Below, one piece after another: positions 12,442 to 25,400 of a stretch of 64,000 nucleotides of DNA. The position numbers and the translations under genes are program-made. The notes under the pieces were generated by a model. The model was not told the origin of the DNA. It searched no databases and worked only from the letters and a program-made list of their open reading frames with translations. This stretch comes from Bugula neritina (taxonomy: Eukaryota; Animalia; Bryozoa): assembly GCA_964035545.1 (NCBI GenBank), contig OZ037768.1, positions 4,310,741-4,374,740 of the forward strand, in the 5' to 3' direction. The first letter of the stretch is position 1, and every line of letters begins with the position of its first letter.

Positions 12442-13758
12442 ATGTCGTCCGAAGATTTAGCTGTGAGCCCTCCTTCTGATAATCAAGAAGAAGAAGTGGA
12501 AGTCACCACCCCATCTCCAGATGTTGCATTAACTTTATCTAGACTAGATTCGCCTTACCTGACCGATACTACATCTCTGACTATAGTTCCCTATACGAGG
12601 AGTGTTCATGGCGCACCACTTTACTACGTGATGAACCGAGGCCAGAAATTAGTGGGTGAGTTGATAGTACAAGAAGGTTTAGAAATTGTACAGTTTAGAA
12701 GTCGACTGGGCAACAAAGATAACATCTTAAAGACAGATGGCGGTCTGCAAAGATATAATGATGAAATGATAATATACGGGTTTAATGATACGAGTGCAGA
12801 CGAGCCTTTTGTACGTAATGAGAGCCCCAAGGAAGTGGCACGAGTTGGCACTGACTTGGGCATTTATGTGGACGAGAAAAAAATATTTTCTCTAGAATTT
12901 TCTACAAAACTTCTCGACCGAAAAGAAGATTTTAGCATCAACATATTAGATTGTTCAGATGAATCGTCAAGTTTAATAGCATCTATAGTTCCAGATGGAA
13001 AAAATGTAATTGTATTATTCAAGACAGCTGATGTTGTCAGCAACTTGTTGAAGGGAGTTGTGCTGATGTACCTTGTCAAAGTATATTACACCATCTTCAT
13101 GGCTCATAGGTTTCCATACCCAGCCCAGACTTTATCTCAGCTACCACCAGCAGCCTCAACGCAACTTGGATTGGATAGTCTCAAAAATATCACTTCAGTT
13201 ATATTTAGAGCATCGAGTATAAACGCTCACGACGATCGATATGTCGAGGTTCTACGACACGCGGACAGGAAGTACTGTCTGATAATGCACTATGAAAAGA
13301 AGTCGGAGACTGTGCTGTTTAAGGACGAGTTCGGGGATATGCAGTTTTGTTATGAAGACAGCGACGGTTGTGACATCCATGTTTATGACAGCTCGAAAAA
13401 GGAAGTTGGGCATTTTGCCAGCGGGCAAAATGACAAATATGTATTTGATGCTGTCACTTCTTATCCAATAATGACAACAGAGAGAGTTCCTTGTGAAAAT
13501 TATGTTAGTCGATCAGATTTTATTAAAATGAAGCCCAAAGATAACTTTATACTGAGAAATGTATGCAATGTGCCGTTAGCAGAAATCAAGGTTGAGGACT
13601 ACAACATTCGAGTAGACATCACTGACAAGGACCTCTGCCCTCCTCATAAAGCACTAATCTTGTCTCTAACTGGTAGACTGGTGATGAAATACTACAAGCT
13701 ATTCAATGTCCTTGCTCCTGTACTTGATGGCGTCACATTCAGAAGCAAGGAGGTTTAG
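12442..13758 (+). CDS. Intronless 438-aa protein of unknown function; possibly two tandem scramblase/Tubby-C-like domains
   Basis: Long uninterrupted ATG-TAG ORF with coding-like composition in AT-rich surroundings, AATAAA at 13854. Two halves each end in a hydrophobic helix (LLKGVVLMYLVKVYY; PHKALILSLTGRLVMKYY). Confidence 0.75.
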   Translation: MSSEDLAVSPPSDNQEEEVEVTTPSPDVALTLSRLDSPYLTDTTSLTIVPYTRSVHGAPLYYVMNRGQKLVGELIVQEGLEIVQFRSRLGNKDNILKTDGGLQRYNDEMIIYGFNDTSADEPFVRNESPKEVARVGTDLGIYVDEKKIFSLEFSTKLLDRKEDFSINILDCSDESSSLIASIVPDGKNVIVLFKTADVVSNLLKGVVLMYLVKVYYTIFMAHRFPYPAQTLSQLPPAASTQLGLDSLKNITSVIFRASSINAHDDRYVEVLRHADRKYCLIMHYEKKSETVLFKDEFGDMQFCYEDSDGCDIHVYDSSKKEVGHFASGQNDKYVFDAVTSYPIMTTERVPCENYVSRSDFIKMKPKDNFILRNVCNVPLAEIKVEDYNIRVDITDKDLCPPHKALILSLTGRLVMKYYKLFNVLAPVLDGVTFRSKEV

Positions 13759-15297
13759 ATATCCCATATGCAAACCCCGGACACCAAATATTGTGCACAC
13801 AACTTATGAGAATGATATAAATATTTTGTAATGTTGAAAATATATAGCCTTTGAATAAAGCTTATGTACATCTAAAAAGAATGAGTACGAAATTTTATGT
13901 TTATTAGATTTACACATTTTAAAGAAACTTAAAGCGCTGGTCAGTGACAAAAAGCACAGAACGTTTACTCATATAGTTATGTGCACATATAGAATATTTA
14001 AAAATCTACATATACAAATGATACAGTTGTTATTCTAAACAAGGTAATTATTATCTATGTTAAGTGTAATTTATTGTGCAGTGAATTATACTTGACATAT
14101 ACTAAATAATTAATATAATATGATTAATCACTAATGTTCACCTCCGATATATTATATAAGTGTATTAAAACTATATATATTTTATGCTGTAAGTATTAAG
14201 CTGCTATTGCTTATTACACTATAACAATTCATAAATTTATTGCCTACAGTGCTAACCAAAAGTCTAGCAATTGCACTATCATTTACACTGTCTGAACGTT
14301 ACTACTGTATAGCTTGTACTGTGGCATACTTACCATTCCCATTTAATAGATTTCCCATTCTTCTTTGTTTTAAAACAGTTTCTCATAAGCACTAGTCTAG
14401 CACTACTTTAGTTTATACTTTTACTAGCTCAGCAGTGTTACACAACATTGGATAGCTGTTATGTGGAGGTTAACATTAATTAGTGAGAGAAATAATAGAA
14501 TATGAATAGCTATTAAACTAACTACTCTACTTCTTTTTATTCTTTGGCTACATTATTTGTATTACTAAGAATTATAATGTGCTTCATTGTGTATTTTTGA
14601 CAGCATGTATTGCTTTGATTCACAAAGAACAATATAATCTTAATGCTTTGCTTTTGATAACTGAAGAAAATATAACATTTTGATGATCTGTGCTTATAGA
14701 GATCTTGACAATGTTATTTAAATTTGGCTTATGCCCGAACTGACTATAATTGAGTAATAGTAGAACTTTAATTTAAAGCATAATTGTTTTTCTTTATGAG
14801 AAAAACACTTTTTTCTGAAGTAACTATAAAGCTAACTGAGTTTCAACAGGAAGTCTGCTCTTATTCACTTTATATTTTTAACTATAAAATTAATTGTCAT
14901 TGCATCTAACTTCAAATTGTTTACAAGCATAAATTTACACGATTTTTCTATGTAACAGTTGACAAAAAATAATAAATCATTGATTCATGGTAACATAATA
15001 ATATAATGGAAAGCTCTAGTGTTGAAGTTGTCCTCTCGTTCTTCGATAAAAAAATTGCTGTAACTTTTAGAGGTGTAGTATATATTCAGCCGTTTGAATT
15101 TAAATGTTTGTCTATAATATCACTATACGACGGAAGTTTTGCCAGCGTGTAAATAAATAACACTTCTATAGATTTTCTTCAATGACTACATATCAACAGA
15201 AAATTTTTTTAATTGATAATATACTTTAAGTTTAAATTCAAGTGCTTTAGCCTTTTCCCTTACCAGTTTTGACGTTCTAAATAGTTATACTATAATC

Positions 15298-18200
15298 ATG
15301 GCTTCGGGCCAAAATAGCAAGTTGAGTATTGATCGTTCTTTGCCTAATGGATCAAATAACCCTCCAGTTATTAAAGGAGTCGAGCAGGACAAATATGCTA
15401 AGCTTTTCTATGGGGTAAGAACGAGAATATATACTTATACTTATAGGTCTAGCAGTTGCAGTGGCAGTGTCAGTTAAATTAAATAACTCAAAAAGTACTG
15501 AATGCTACAGTAATTCACTAGCTCTATCACTATGAGTATGTGGGACACAGTATCAGTATGAGTACGACTATCACTATAACTTATGAGTTATGAGGAATAG
15601 TTATTCACTTATACTTCTAGTTATAGTAAATAAGTATCAGTATCACTATCAGTATCAGTATGAGTGTGAATGACTATCAGTATCAGTATCATGGTATGCC
15701 CATACTGACTATCAGTATCAGTGTCAGTAACTGTAAATCACTAAGTGAGTAAGTGGCAGTATGGGTATCTACTATCTAGTATTAGCAATCAGTAAATCAC
15801 AACATCCAATTCAATAAGCATTTAAGTATAACAAATTAACATAAGTTAAACTGTAGCAATAAAAGTAACAGTAACTGATAACAATTACAAGCATGGCCAC
15901 ATGAAGTGATGACAGTTTGAATTAATATTTTTATTATACAAATCCAAAATGTCATTTAAATCTACAATCACTATCACTATGTCTTTGACTTTGGCATTAG
16001 ACTTGGTGATTGTGATTTTTCTTATAATTTTATAGTTTTACTGTAGCTTAAAGTTGACTAGTTCAAATTGGTAAAACTTACTATATGAATTGAATACATG
16101 AATCACATGTGTGATAGCTGATGTAAGCTATGACCATATAATCATATGGCATTATAAAGTGATTATAATTGAGACCATCCTGAGGTTGAATCTATGGCTT
16201 AGTCTTATACTAATGCTTGCAGTTATATTATTATACTACTACTCTAGCAAAAAACAAAGTAGTTGTCTTAGCAGAATAGAATTATTTTAAGTCTTGCGTT
16301 TAATGATTCATTTGTAATTAAAATATTCAGCTGCTTGAGGTTGGTCAATTATTAATATTTAAATATTTGTATTCTAGAATAAAAGTACTTAATTATACTT
16401 AAAGCTTAAATATATTAATAATAATGATATAATTATATAAATAGAAATTTAATTGAACTTAAACCTATCTTGAGAAGCTCGAACTTGAATTTAGTTTTAT
16501 ATCTATTCTAGGTTATTTTAATACAATTACTTCTACTATTATCTTGTATTTATTTTGATGATTATTAAACATATTCTATCAAATTATAATAAAGTAACTA
16601 CACAACAGGTTGTATGTCTAATTTATAGGCGATGGGGCCTCAGATGGCTAAACTAGAGCAAGATATGGAGGAGCAACTGAAGGTACTAGATGACATGAAT
16701 AAGTGAGTTTAGGTCTATGGCAATGTTTATAGATGATAGATGGTAGCTTACTGTAGAACATGTTGACTGTAGAACATAGTATCTGGTGAACATAGTAGCT
16801 GTAAAACATAGTAACTGTAGAACATATCAACTATAGAAAGTAGTAACTGTAGAACATATTAACTGTAGAACATAGTATCTGTAGAACATAGTAGCTGTAT
16901 AACATAGTAACTGTAGAACATATTAACTGTAGAATATAGTAACTGTAGAACATAGTAGCTGTATAACATAGTAACTGTAGAACATATCAACTATAGAAAG
17001 TAGTAACTGTAGAACATATTAACTGTAGAACATAGTATCTGTAGAACATATTAACTGTAGAACATAGTATCTGTAGAACATATCAACTATAGAAAGTAGT
17101 AACTGTAGAACATATTAACTGTAGAACATAGTATCTGTAGAACATAGTAACTGTAGAACATATTAACTGTAGAACATAGTAACTGTAGAACATATTAACT
17201 GTAGAACATAGTAACTGTAGAACATATTAACTGTAGAACATAGTAGCTGTAGAACATTGTAACTGTAGAACATAGTATCTGTAGAACATATCAACTGTAG
17301 AAAGTAGTAACTGTAGAACATAGTAGCTGTAGAACATATTAACTGTAGAACATAGTAGCTGTAGAACATATTAACTGTAGAACATAGTAACTGTAAAACA
17401 TAGTAACTGTAGAACATAGTAACTGTAGAAAGTAGTAACTGTGAAACAGTAATCAATCATATGATTAATCTCTATTAATTGAAATACAAAAAGTAATTTG
17501 ATTAGTTAATTTTAGTAAATGGAAGGAAGAAAAGGAAGCAAAAGATAAAGCTGAAAAGCAGAAATATGTGCCTCAGCCTCTCAAGAACAGGTTAGTTACT
17601 CTAAACTACTCAGCAGTTCAAGTCTGAAACTCAAGTGTTTAAATTACCGTGTAAAGCCATTTCAAGTAATGTCCTGACAAGTGAAAATTATTAGTAATGT
17701 CACAGTGTTGATAAAAGGAGAAAACTCTTAATTATTTGCTAAGTAATAATCCATAAAAGGAATTTCTCTGTAAACCAAGTAACAATTGCTCAGCAGTTTC
17801 ACAGAGAGAAGTCTTGTTTAGTAGAGAGTTTTACAAAGCATTTTCATTTTTAGTGGACAAAACCTAACACAGATATCTAGACGGATAGGTGGTCTGTTTC
17901 GTTTCACCAACTTTCCTGAGAAGTATGTGGAAAAACCGGAAAAGCCCGTAGACCATACGAAAGTACTTACCCAAACTCTGGAGGAGCTGCAGGCGTCCCT
18001 CAAGACAATGATGCCTGCTGGTGGACCTGGGGCTTCTCATGCAGCTGAAAACACGTCTGCTATAGAAGCCAAGGAAGAGGAAAAGGAAGAAGACGAAGAC
18101 GACGATGAGTTTGCAGACGAAGGGTTGATGTAAGTTTATATGGCAATACTAGATAATCTATGGTGTCGCTTTCCTAAATGTTATTATTATGATGTCATTC

Positions 18201-21200
18201 AGGTAACAAAATTACAAATAACTGCCTAGATTTGACTAATTGTAACATTGTTTGGAATGTAGATATAAACTTTCCCAGTATTCAGCTTTCTATAGATAGT
18301 TTTCTAATGACACTTTAGCCTAGGCTAGCTGACACCAGGTTACTGTGAAGGTGGTAACTGGGCCATCACCTTCACAGTATACACCAACATCAATTGTCAA
18401 AGGAAGTTGGAGTCATTTGCTGTGATAGCTTTAGATAATCTGTCTAATTGACACGAAATTTACATATGCGCTGCTGAAATTTACATATAGGCTGCCGAAA
18501 TTTACATATATGTTGTCCCAGTTTACATATAGGCTACTGATTGCTACAAGATTTTGTAATATTTGGCAGTTTTTGCAACTATTATGAGTACCAAAAGGTC
18601 TGCTATGTTTGTACTGTAGAGTGTTCTGCTATTGTGACATGTGTAATCCTCTGTACAAACACAGATCTGCATGCATTACACTTATCACACTGCACTGCAG
18701 GTGCTGACACGTGTATGTATGCTGTCTGAATACGTCTGCAGCAGCTTATTGTTCAGTGAATCTATTTATGACAGAAGATAAATGTATACGAAAATCACTT
18801 ATGCTTGATTGTTTAAACTTTAAACTGTGTCCATAATATATATTATTAAAGAATCAACATATAAATTGATTTACTCCAATTTGTTAAAACTTCATTAAAA
18901 TTATTTGTTAATTAATTTAATTTCACTGAAAATTGTAAAGTATTCAAAAATTTTCCCAACATCAGTTGGAGGAAACTCTCACCAGTTGTGTTGTTGAAAT
19001 GCTGTACTCAGTGTTGTTTATATTCAACAGCCTGTCTAACCTACCTGAACTGAGTGATCTAGAGAGAGTGCTCATGCTGTCGCACAGTATGGCAGCGTAT
19101 GCTACGCGACTCTCGGTTGACCACAGAGAGAGGTTCTATAAGAGAATCTTAAATGACACTACGGAGTGGGTTACAGCTCTCTTTAGGTGTGTGCACCATT
19201 TGCATATATCTCATTGTGTTTGGGTCAACAAGCGTAACAGAATAGTATACTCATTGTTTGTATGTTTCACCAGATTTAATAGGTGGGTTGTTGATTAGAA
19301 ATTAGTGATATAAAGTTGCCGTATGCTTTTTCGCCATAGAATTGTAGTCACAATTATCACCAAGTATATTCTTTAGAGACAGCAATAGGTAGCATGTATA
19401 GTTTAGATAAGGGTAGCCATTAAATAACTCCTAAAAATTAGGAGTCTATAAAAAATTTATAATTATTATTTCATTTTATTTTCTGTGAGTAACTGTGTGA
19501 CTCACAACTAGTCTAGCTCAGGCATACAGACTAGCAGGTGTGAGATTGAGTGTGCAAGGGTATGTGTGCTGTTTACTTAAACGGTTAGGAATACTATGGC
19601 TATATATGTAATATATTATTGTGTAGAATATACACTATAATTATGGCAGTAAGGTACAGTAAAGTGTAGATTATAGTTACTAGTTACTGATAGAACTAGT
19701 GTAGAATATAGTTACTAGTTACTGATAGAAGTAGTGTAGACTATAGTTACTAGTTACTGATAGAACTAGTGTAGAATATAGTTACTAGTTACTGATAGAA
19801 CTAGTAAGACTCTGTTTATGTTACAACTCTTAGAGTGAAGGACTCCACTGCCATGTACCATGACGAACCCAGTGAAGGGCTTATCAATGTGTGTCGTCTA
19901 GCCCTAGCTAGTAAATATCCCGACTACCTGGAGAAGGGCTTTGACTCCCTCTATTCCAAGCCTCCCGTCTTCTACATAAGTGAAGCCAGTTCCCCAGGCT
20001 TAGCTCAGGTTCTTTCAAGAGGGGTAAGCTTTCACTAGACTTTATTTATACACATGGGAGAAATTATGTCATTGTACCACACTGTATACTGTAGCTGCAT
20101 GTTTATATGTATTGTAATATACAGCATTGTTATACTCTGTGAAACTTACTTATTTGATATAGTTTCATCTCTTGCTATATGTTTTATTTTTGAGCTGTTT
20201 TGTTGTCAGGAGTTGAGATGATTTGTATTTATCGAGAAACTACTAGAGTACTAGTTGTTGGCTCAGAGATTCACCTCATCTGTTTAGACTCAATTAAACA
20301 TAACCATTTGATGTAAATCAACACAGCTATTTATATACATGGTGTATGAATTGTAGCTTGGTTTACCAGAAAGCTGTATCTGTGTTGTGCCATGCAAGAA
20401 ATCTGAAGCAGGTCAACTTCACAAGATTGTAAGTTTTGACAATGTTGAATCTTGTGTATAGTGTGGGTATGTGTATAGTGTGGGTATGTATTGTGTGTTG
20501 TGGGTATGTGTATAGTGTGGGTATGTGTATAGTGTGGGTATGTGTATAGTGTGGGTATGTGTATAGTGTGGGTATGTGTATAGTGTGGGTATGTATTGTG
20601 TGTTGTGGGTATGTGTATAGTGTGGGTATGTGTATAGTGTGGGTATGTGTATAGTGTGGGTATGTGTATAGTGTGGGTATGGTGTGTCTGTGTGTGCGTG
20701 CGCGCGTGTGTATGTGTTGTGGGTGTATAGTGTAGAGGTTTACATATGTTGGTTTCATTTAGATTTTAAAGAACCAGTGAAGTTGCTGTAAAGTAGATAT
20801 TCAATTAAATTATGTCTTATCGTCTATCCGCTATAGTTTAGTCACCAACAGTATTCCAAATTGTATACATTTATTAATAATTATAGATTATATGATATTA
20901 AAAGTGTTGCAGGCATATATATATATATGACTAAGTCAGGTGAAGTATGTGATGTATACTAGTGTACAGTGTACAGTGTGCACATTCTGCTGGTATTAAA
21001 TATGCATTCAAAGTACAAACATAAAAGCAAGTTTGTTTCGAGTTTATGCCTCTCCACTTCTCTATTAACTCACGAGTGTCTCAAATTGCTTGCAGGACAC
21101 GGAGGCATTTGAGTCGTTAGTCGGTGACCACATGGCATCTACGAGGGAGCCAGTGCTTCTCTTGGCGTATGCGAGTATGTCTGCACGCGTCTACACATGG

Positions 21201-22399
21201 TGCTGTAGTGTGTACTGTACACACATCAGCACACTGTACTGTAGTATATACTGTACATACCTCAACACACTGTACTGTGGTGTATGCCGTACTGTAGTGT
21301 ATGCTGTGCACATATCAAAACTTTGTGTGTTGTAGTGTATACTGTTTACATATTCAGCTAGTGTTTACATAAAGTTAATAGATTGTTATTGTAGAGTGAT
21401 AACTATATATTTTTGTGGTTCTGGCATATAGTAATAGTACAGTTGGCTAGTTTAGTTGCATTAACTGAGTATTCACTCATTGTGGTTGAAGTATAGGTTT
21501 GAGTGAAGTAATGGACACTGAGCCTTTACACTAGAGCTGATAACTCGTGAGCTTCAAACGTCTAAACATGAAAACTCTTTTTATTCTCCTGAGTGATTGA
21601 GATTTGTCTTCTCGTAATTAGTTGGCATACTATGCTATACTAGCCATGTAAGCTATGACTCATAGACTAGGAACTTTATACTCCAATGTTCATGGTTTAG
21701 GTACTCCTATGTTGGCTGCTGTCGATCCACTTCAGAAGCTGAAAGCAGTTTGTAAAGCTAAGAATATCTGGCTACATGTTGAAGGGTTAGTGATACATAT
21801 CAGCTTGACGTGTGTGTGCGTGTGTGCGTGTGTGTGTGTGTGTATAAAACACATTTGTTGTGTGATTCCATAGCACCTGTGGGTGACATTACAATCTATT
21901 TCATTCCTATGTTTCTTGCAGCCTCAACCTAGCCACACTGTGTCTGATGAGCATACCAACCAACATAGTGTCCGCGCGTACCAGTGACAGCTGCACTCTG
22001 GACATGGCCTCCTGGTTCAGCTTCCCCGGCTCACCCAGCGTCACGCTCTACAGGAAGGAGAGCGAACCCACTGCCCAGTTGCTCAATCTCACTAATGAAT
22101 CTAAAACACAGAAACTTAAGTGTCTCCCACTCTGGATTGCCTTGCAAGCTGTTGGAGTGGACGGCATGATAGAGCGGGTGAAATCTGCAGTACAAATGGT
22201 ATGTCTGATCTCTCTTTCAGTCTCCCTCCCTCCCTCCCTCCCTCCCTCTCTCTCTCTCTCTCTCACTCTCTCTCTCCCTCCCTCCCTCCCTCCCTCTCCC
22301 TCCCTCCCTCTCCCTCCCTCCCTCCATCCCTCTCCCTCCCTCCCTCCCTCCCTCCGTCCCTCCCTCCCTCCCTCTCTCTTTCCCTCCCTCTCTCTCTCT

Positions 22400-22461
<62 letters not shown>

Positions 22462-25400
22462 GTCTCACTCTCTCCTCCTGTATGGTATTTCCTGGCCAAT
22501 AGTTACTCAATCTACCCCTAGAAACTCGTAGTTATACGCATTTCAACTCGATTTAATCTCTTGGATGAGTTGCTCGTAAAAATATTGTTATTGGTTGGAT
22601 CCGTGCATTAAAAGACTCATTATCCGTTAATAAAATCTTTTCATTCTTATTTTAGCCACAATTTTTGTGTATAAAACACGAATGTCTTTTTATAAGAACT
22701 TGAGAAGTATTTAGACTCACTTAAGCTGCTGTTGAGTAATACGTGTTGATTCGTATGTTTGTAGACTGCAGACGTATTACAGTTCCTGTCAAAGATCCCG
22801 GCTGTACATATCTTGGTAAGTGATTTCATCAGTCAATCGCATTGGGTAACTTTTAGCTATGGTGGTGGGTGCTCTTCTATCAGCTCAACATTCTAGCCAA
22901 CTAACACGCTCTCCCAGCTTGTAAATATTGCTTTGCTTAATGTTTACTAGCTCTGCCACTGATTTGTACAAAGTGAGAATCTTGGATGTCACATGTTTTA
23001 TTTGTTTAAAATTAACTGCCATTAGAGGCAAAGCTCTATTCATTAACATTGCATGAAGTAATGCTCATTTCAAGTTTTAAATATTTATTAAGTTTAGTTT
23101 CTTATATAAACGCTCCTGCTGCAATTTTACGGAAAAGTAGCATTTTATTGATTGTTTTACGTAATAATGAAAAAATAAGTGATGTTTTGCATAGTTACAA
23201 CTCTAGCATAAAGTCTATAAGCTAATGTAGGAAGCATAGGGGTGGGAACTTTCAACTTTCAACAAGCTAATGGAAACTATTTTTGGTCTTACTTTTCCGT
23301 GGGAATGTTTAACCTCTTCCTGTTGGCTGGAATGCTGCTAATCCGTGATGGCGGTGACTTGATTGTAGAACAAAAAAGCCAAGGAACAAACTAAAAAGGG
23401 TGTAACTGAGTATTCTGGCCTGGGGGATCTGCTGGGTCAACTTTTGTCTGCCATTGTGAGTATTGACTGAGTGGTCTTAACTGAGTGCTGCCGTAGTGTG
23501 CTGCTGCTGCCGTGATCTTAGCTGAGTGCTGTTGCTGCTAGCTCTTCTATCTGCTATTTTGACAGTAATTGGTAATGCTGTAGGGTGGTAGTTGTCTGCC
23601 CCTGAAATTTGTGTGATTCATTATAATCTAATGCATGCATTCTCCGCATGCTCTAACCAATTAACATGTTTACAGAAAATGATTTCTTTTGCTTCTCTCT
23701 ATTACCTATGTTAAGATATATCTTTAGAAATATTAACCTTCACCTCGGACTAGGTCTTTCAAGTTTTTCCCTTAGCCTTAAATCTCACAATGCTTGTGAG
23801 ATTTTAGTACTAGTACTTTAGTACTAGTGTAATAAAACTATTTCTTTATAAGATAGTAAGTATTCATTTTTTCTAATTATTGCAGCAATTGGTCATCAAT
23901 TTGCACTGGCTAAAATATTGCATTTTTGCAATAATTTCGGGAAATTTTATATATTTTACATTTTAGTTGGTGTTTGAAATGGCCACTCCAGTTGTGATAT
24001 TCAAGTACGGGAAATCTCGAGAGGCGCCCGTTCCAGGTATGTTGTGCTATGTATTCTAGTGTAGTGTTATTCTATATAGTTTTGTGTCTTATGTAGTGAT
24101 GTGTGTTATGTAGGGTTGTATGTATCGTGTGATTAAGTAACATATGTGTAAGTTTTCTTCCATGAATTTGGAATTGCCCTCTTTAGTTCCTGGCGCTGAA
24201 TAATTTATTGCCGAGAATCCTACAGTTTTCCACTCATTTTCAAAGTTTTATTGTAATAATTTACTTTATGAGGATGTGTAGTGCTCAACACTTTCTTTTT
24301 TATTTTATAACTCCCAGACAAATAGTCCAATCAGTTAAATATATTGCTTCACTCTGTATACATGTAGTAAAGTTGTAAAAACGGCATAATTTAAAACTAA
24401 TTTTCCATTTTTGAAAAAGAGATGGTGCTGAATTTGGAATTGTATTCTTTTTTATGCTTAATCTGGCTGTTTATATACTAAACTCATAGTATAAGTATTT
24501 TTGTTACTCCCAATGCAATTTGCATATAGTGTAAAATAAGCATATATTTTGTCACTGGTGGAATTTTGGAGTTGTTGCACCTTGCAAGTACAAGTACATG
24601 CGCGTTTAATGATTCAGTGCAGAGTTGTATTTGGATGCTGTAATTGCTGTCAACATATTCCTGCAGAAGTTGCTCCGTATGCTGCTAGTCAAGATCCAGC
24701 ACCTCAGAAAGAGGCTGATGGTGACAATGACGAGAGGTTGAACAGATATCTGGAGTGTCTCAACATCTGGGTGAGTTGTAACTTTGTGTTGAGATGACAG
24801 GATTGAAATGATTGGGCGATCAGTGTTTTTATGTTTGGTTGTATTTTAGTTGCATGTGGTAATGAAAACATAATAATATAATATAAGTTTTATATTATGC
24901 TATAGACATAATAGTATAATATAAGCATAATAATATAACATAGCCGAATAAACTGTTAATTCTGAATTATCGTCAATTCCAAAGTTTTATTAATGAGTAA
25001 TCAATATTGTTTTAATAATTTTCTAAGCTTCTAATAAGAGTTTTTGATTCCTTTAAATCTGCACAAAATCTATGAGTATTTTGAGTAGATACAAGCCTTC
25101 AGTTACATTCACTAATTAACTGTATAATTCAACAATACTGTAAACAATACCTGCTCAGTCGTATTGCCACTAGGTATCAACTTGTGCATTGCCTTTATTG
25201 ATTGATTCCCCACCTATTGATTAGCTGTGAATTGAAAAGACCTTTGCTATTCTCTGTAATTGAAACAATGCTTGCAAATAGAATTGTTGATATTTTGTCT
25301 ACAACCCGTAATGAACAGTCTATTCATCGCAACTCATACAACTTTTTGCCTAAATCCAAAATCATTTTATAAAATAAACAGTGACTGTGTAAAGCATGCT

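Noticed and set aside
16648-17456. Minus-strand ORFs 16648-16830 and 17163-17456
   Set aside because: Translations of the 16-nt minisatellite in a PDXDC1 intron.
20363-20758. His/Thr-rich 131-aa minus-strand ORF
   Set aside because: Product of the 17-nt GT-rich repeat, antisense to PDXDC1.
21980-22025. PDXDC1 lacks the PLP-binding lysine (DSCTLDMASW)
   Set aside because: Human PDXDC1 also has no Lys at this position (DSMTMTPGPW), so it is a family trait, not a novelty.
22048-22531. Pro/Ser/Leu- and Arg/Glu-rich ORFs
   Set aside because: Read-through into the (CT)n microsatellite; the real exon ends at the donor after 22198.
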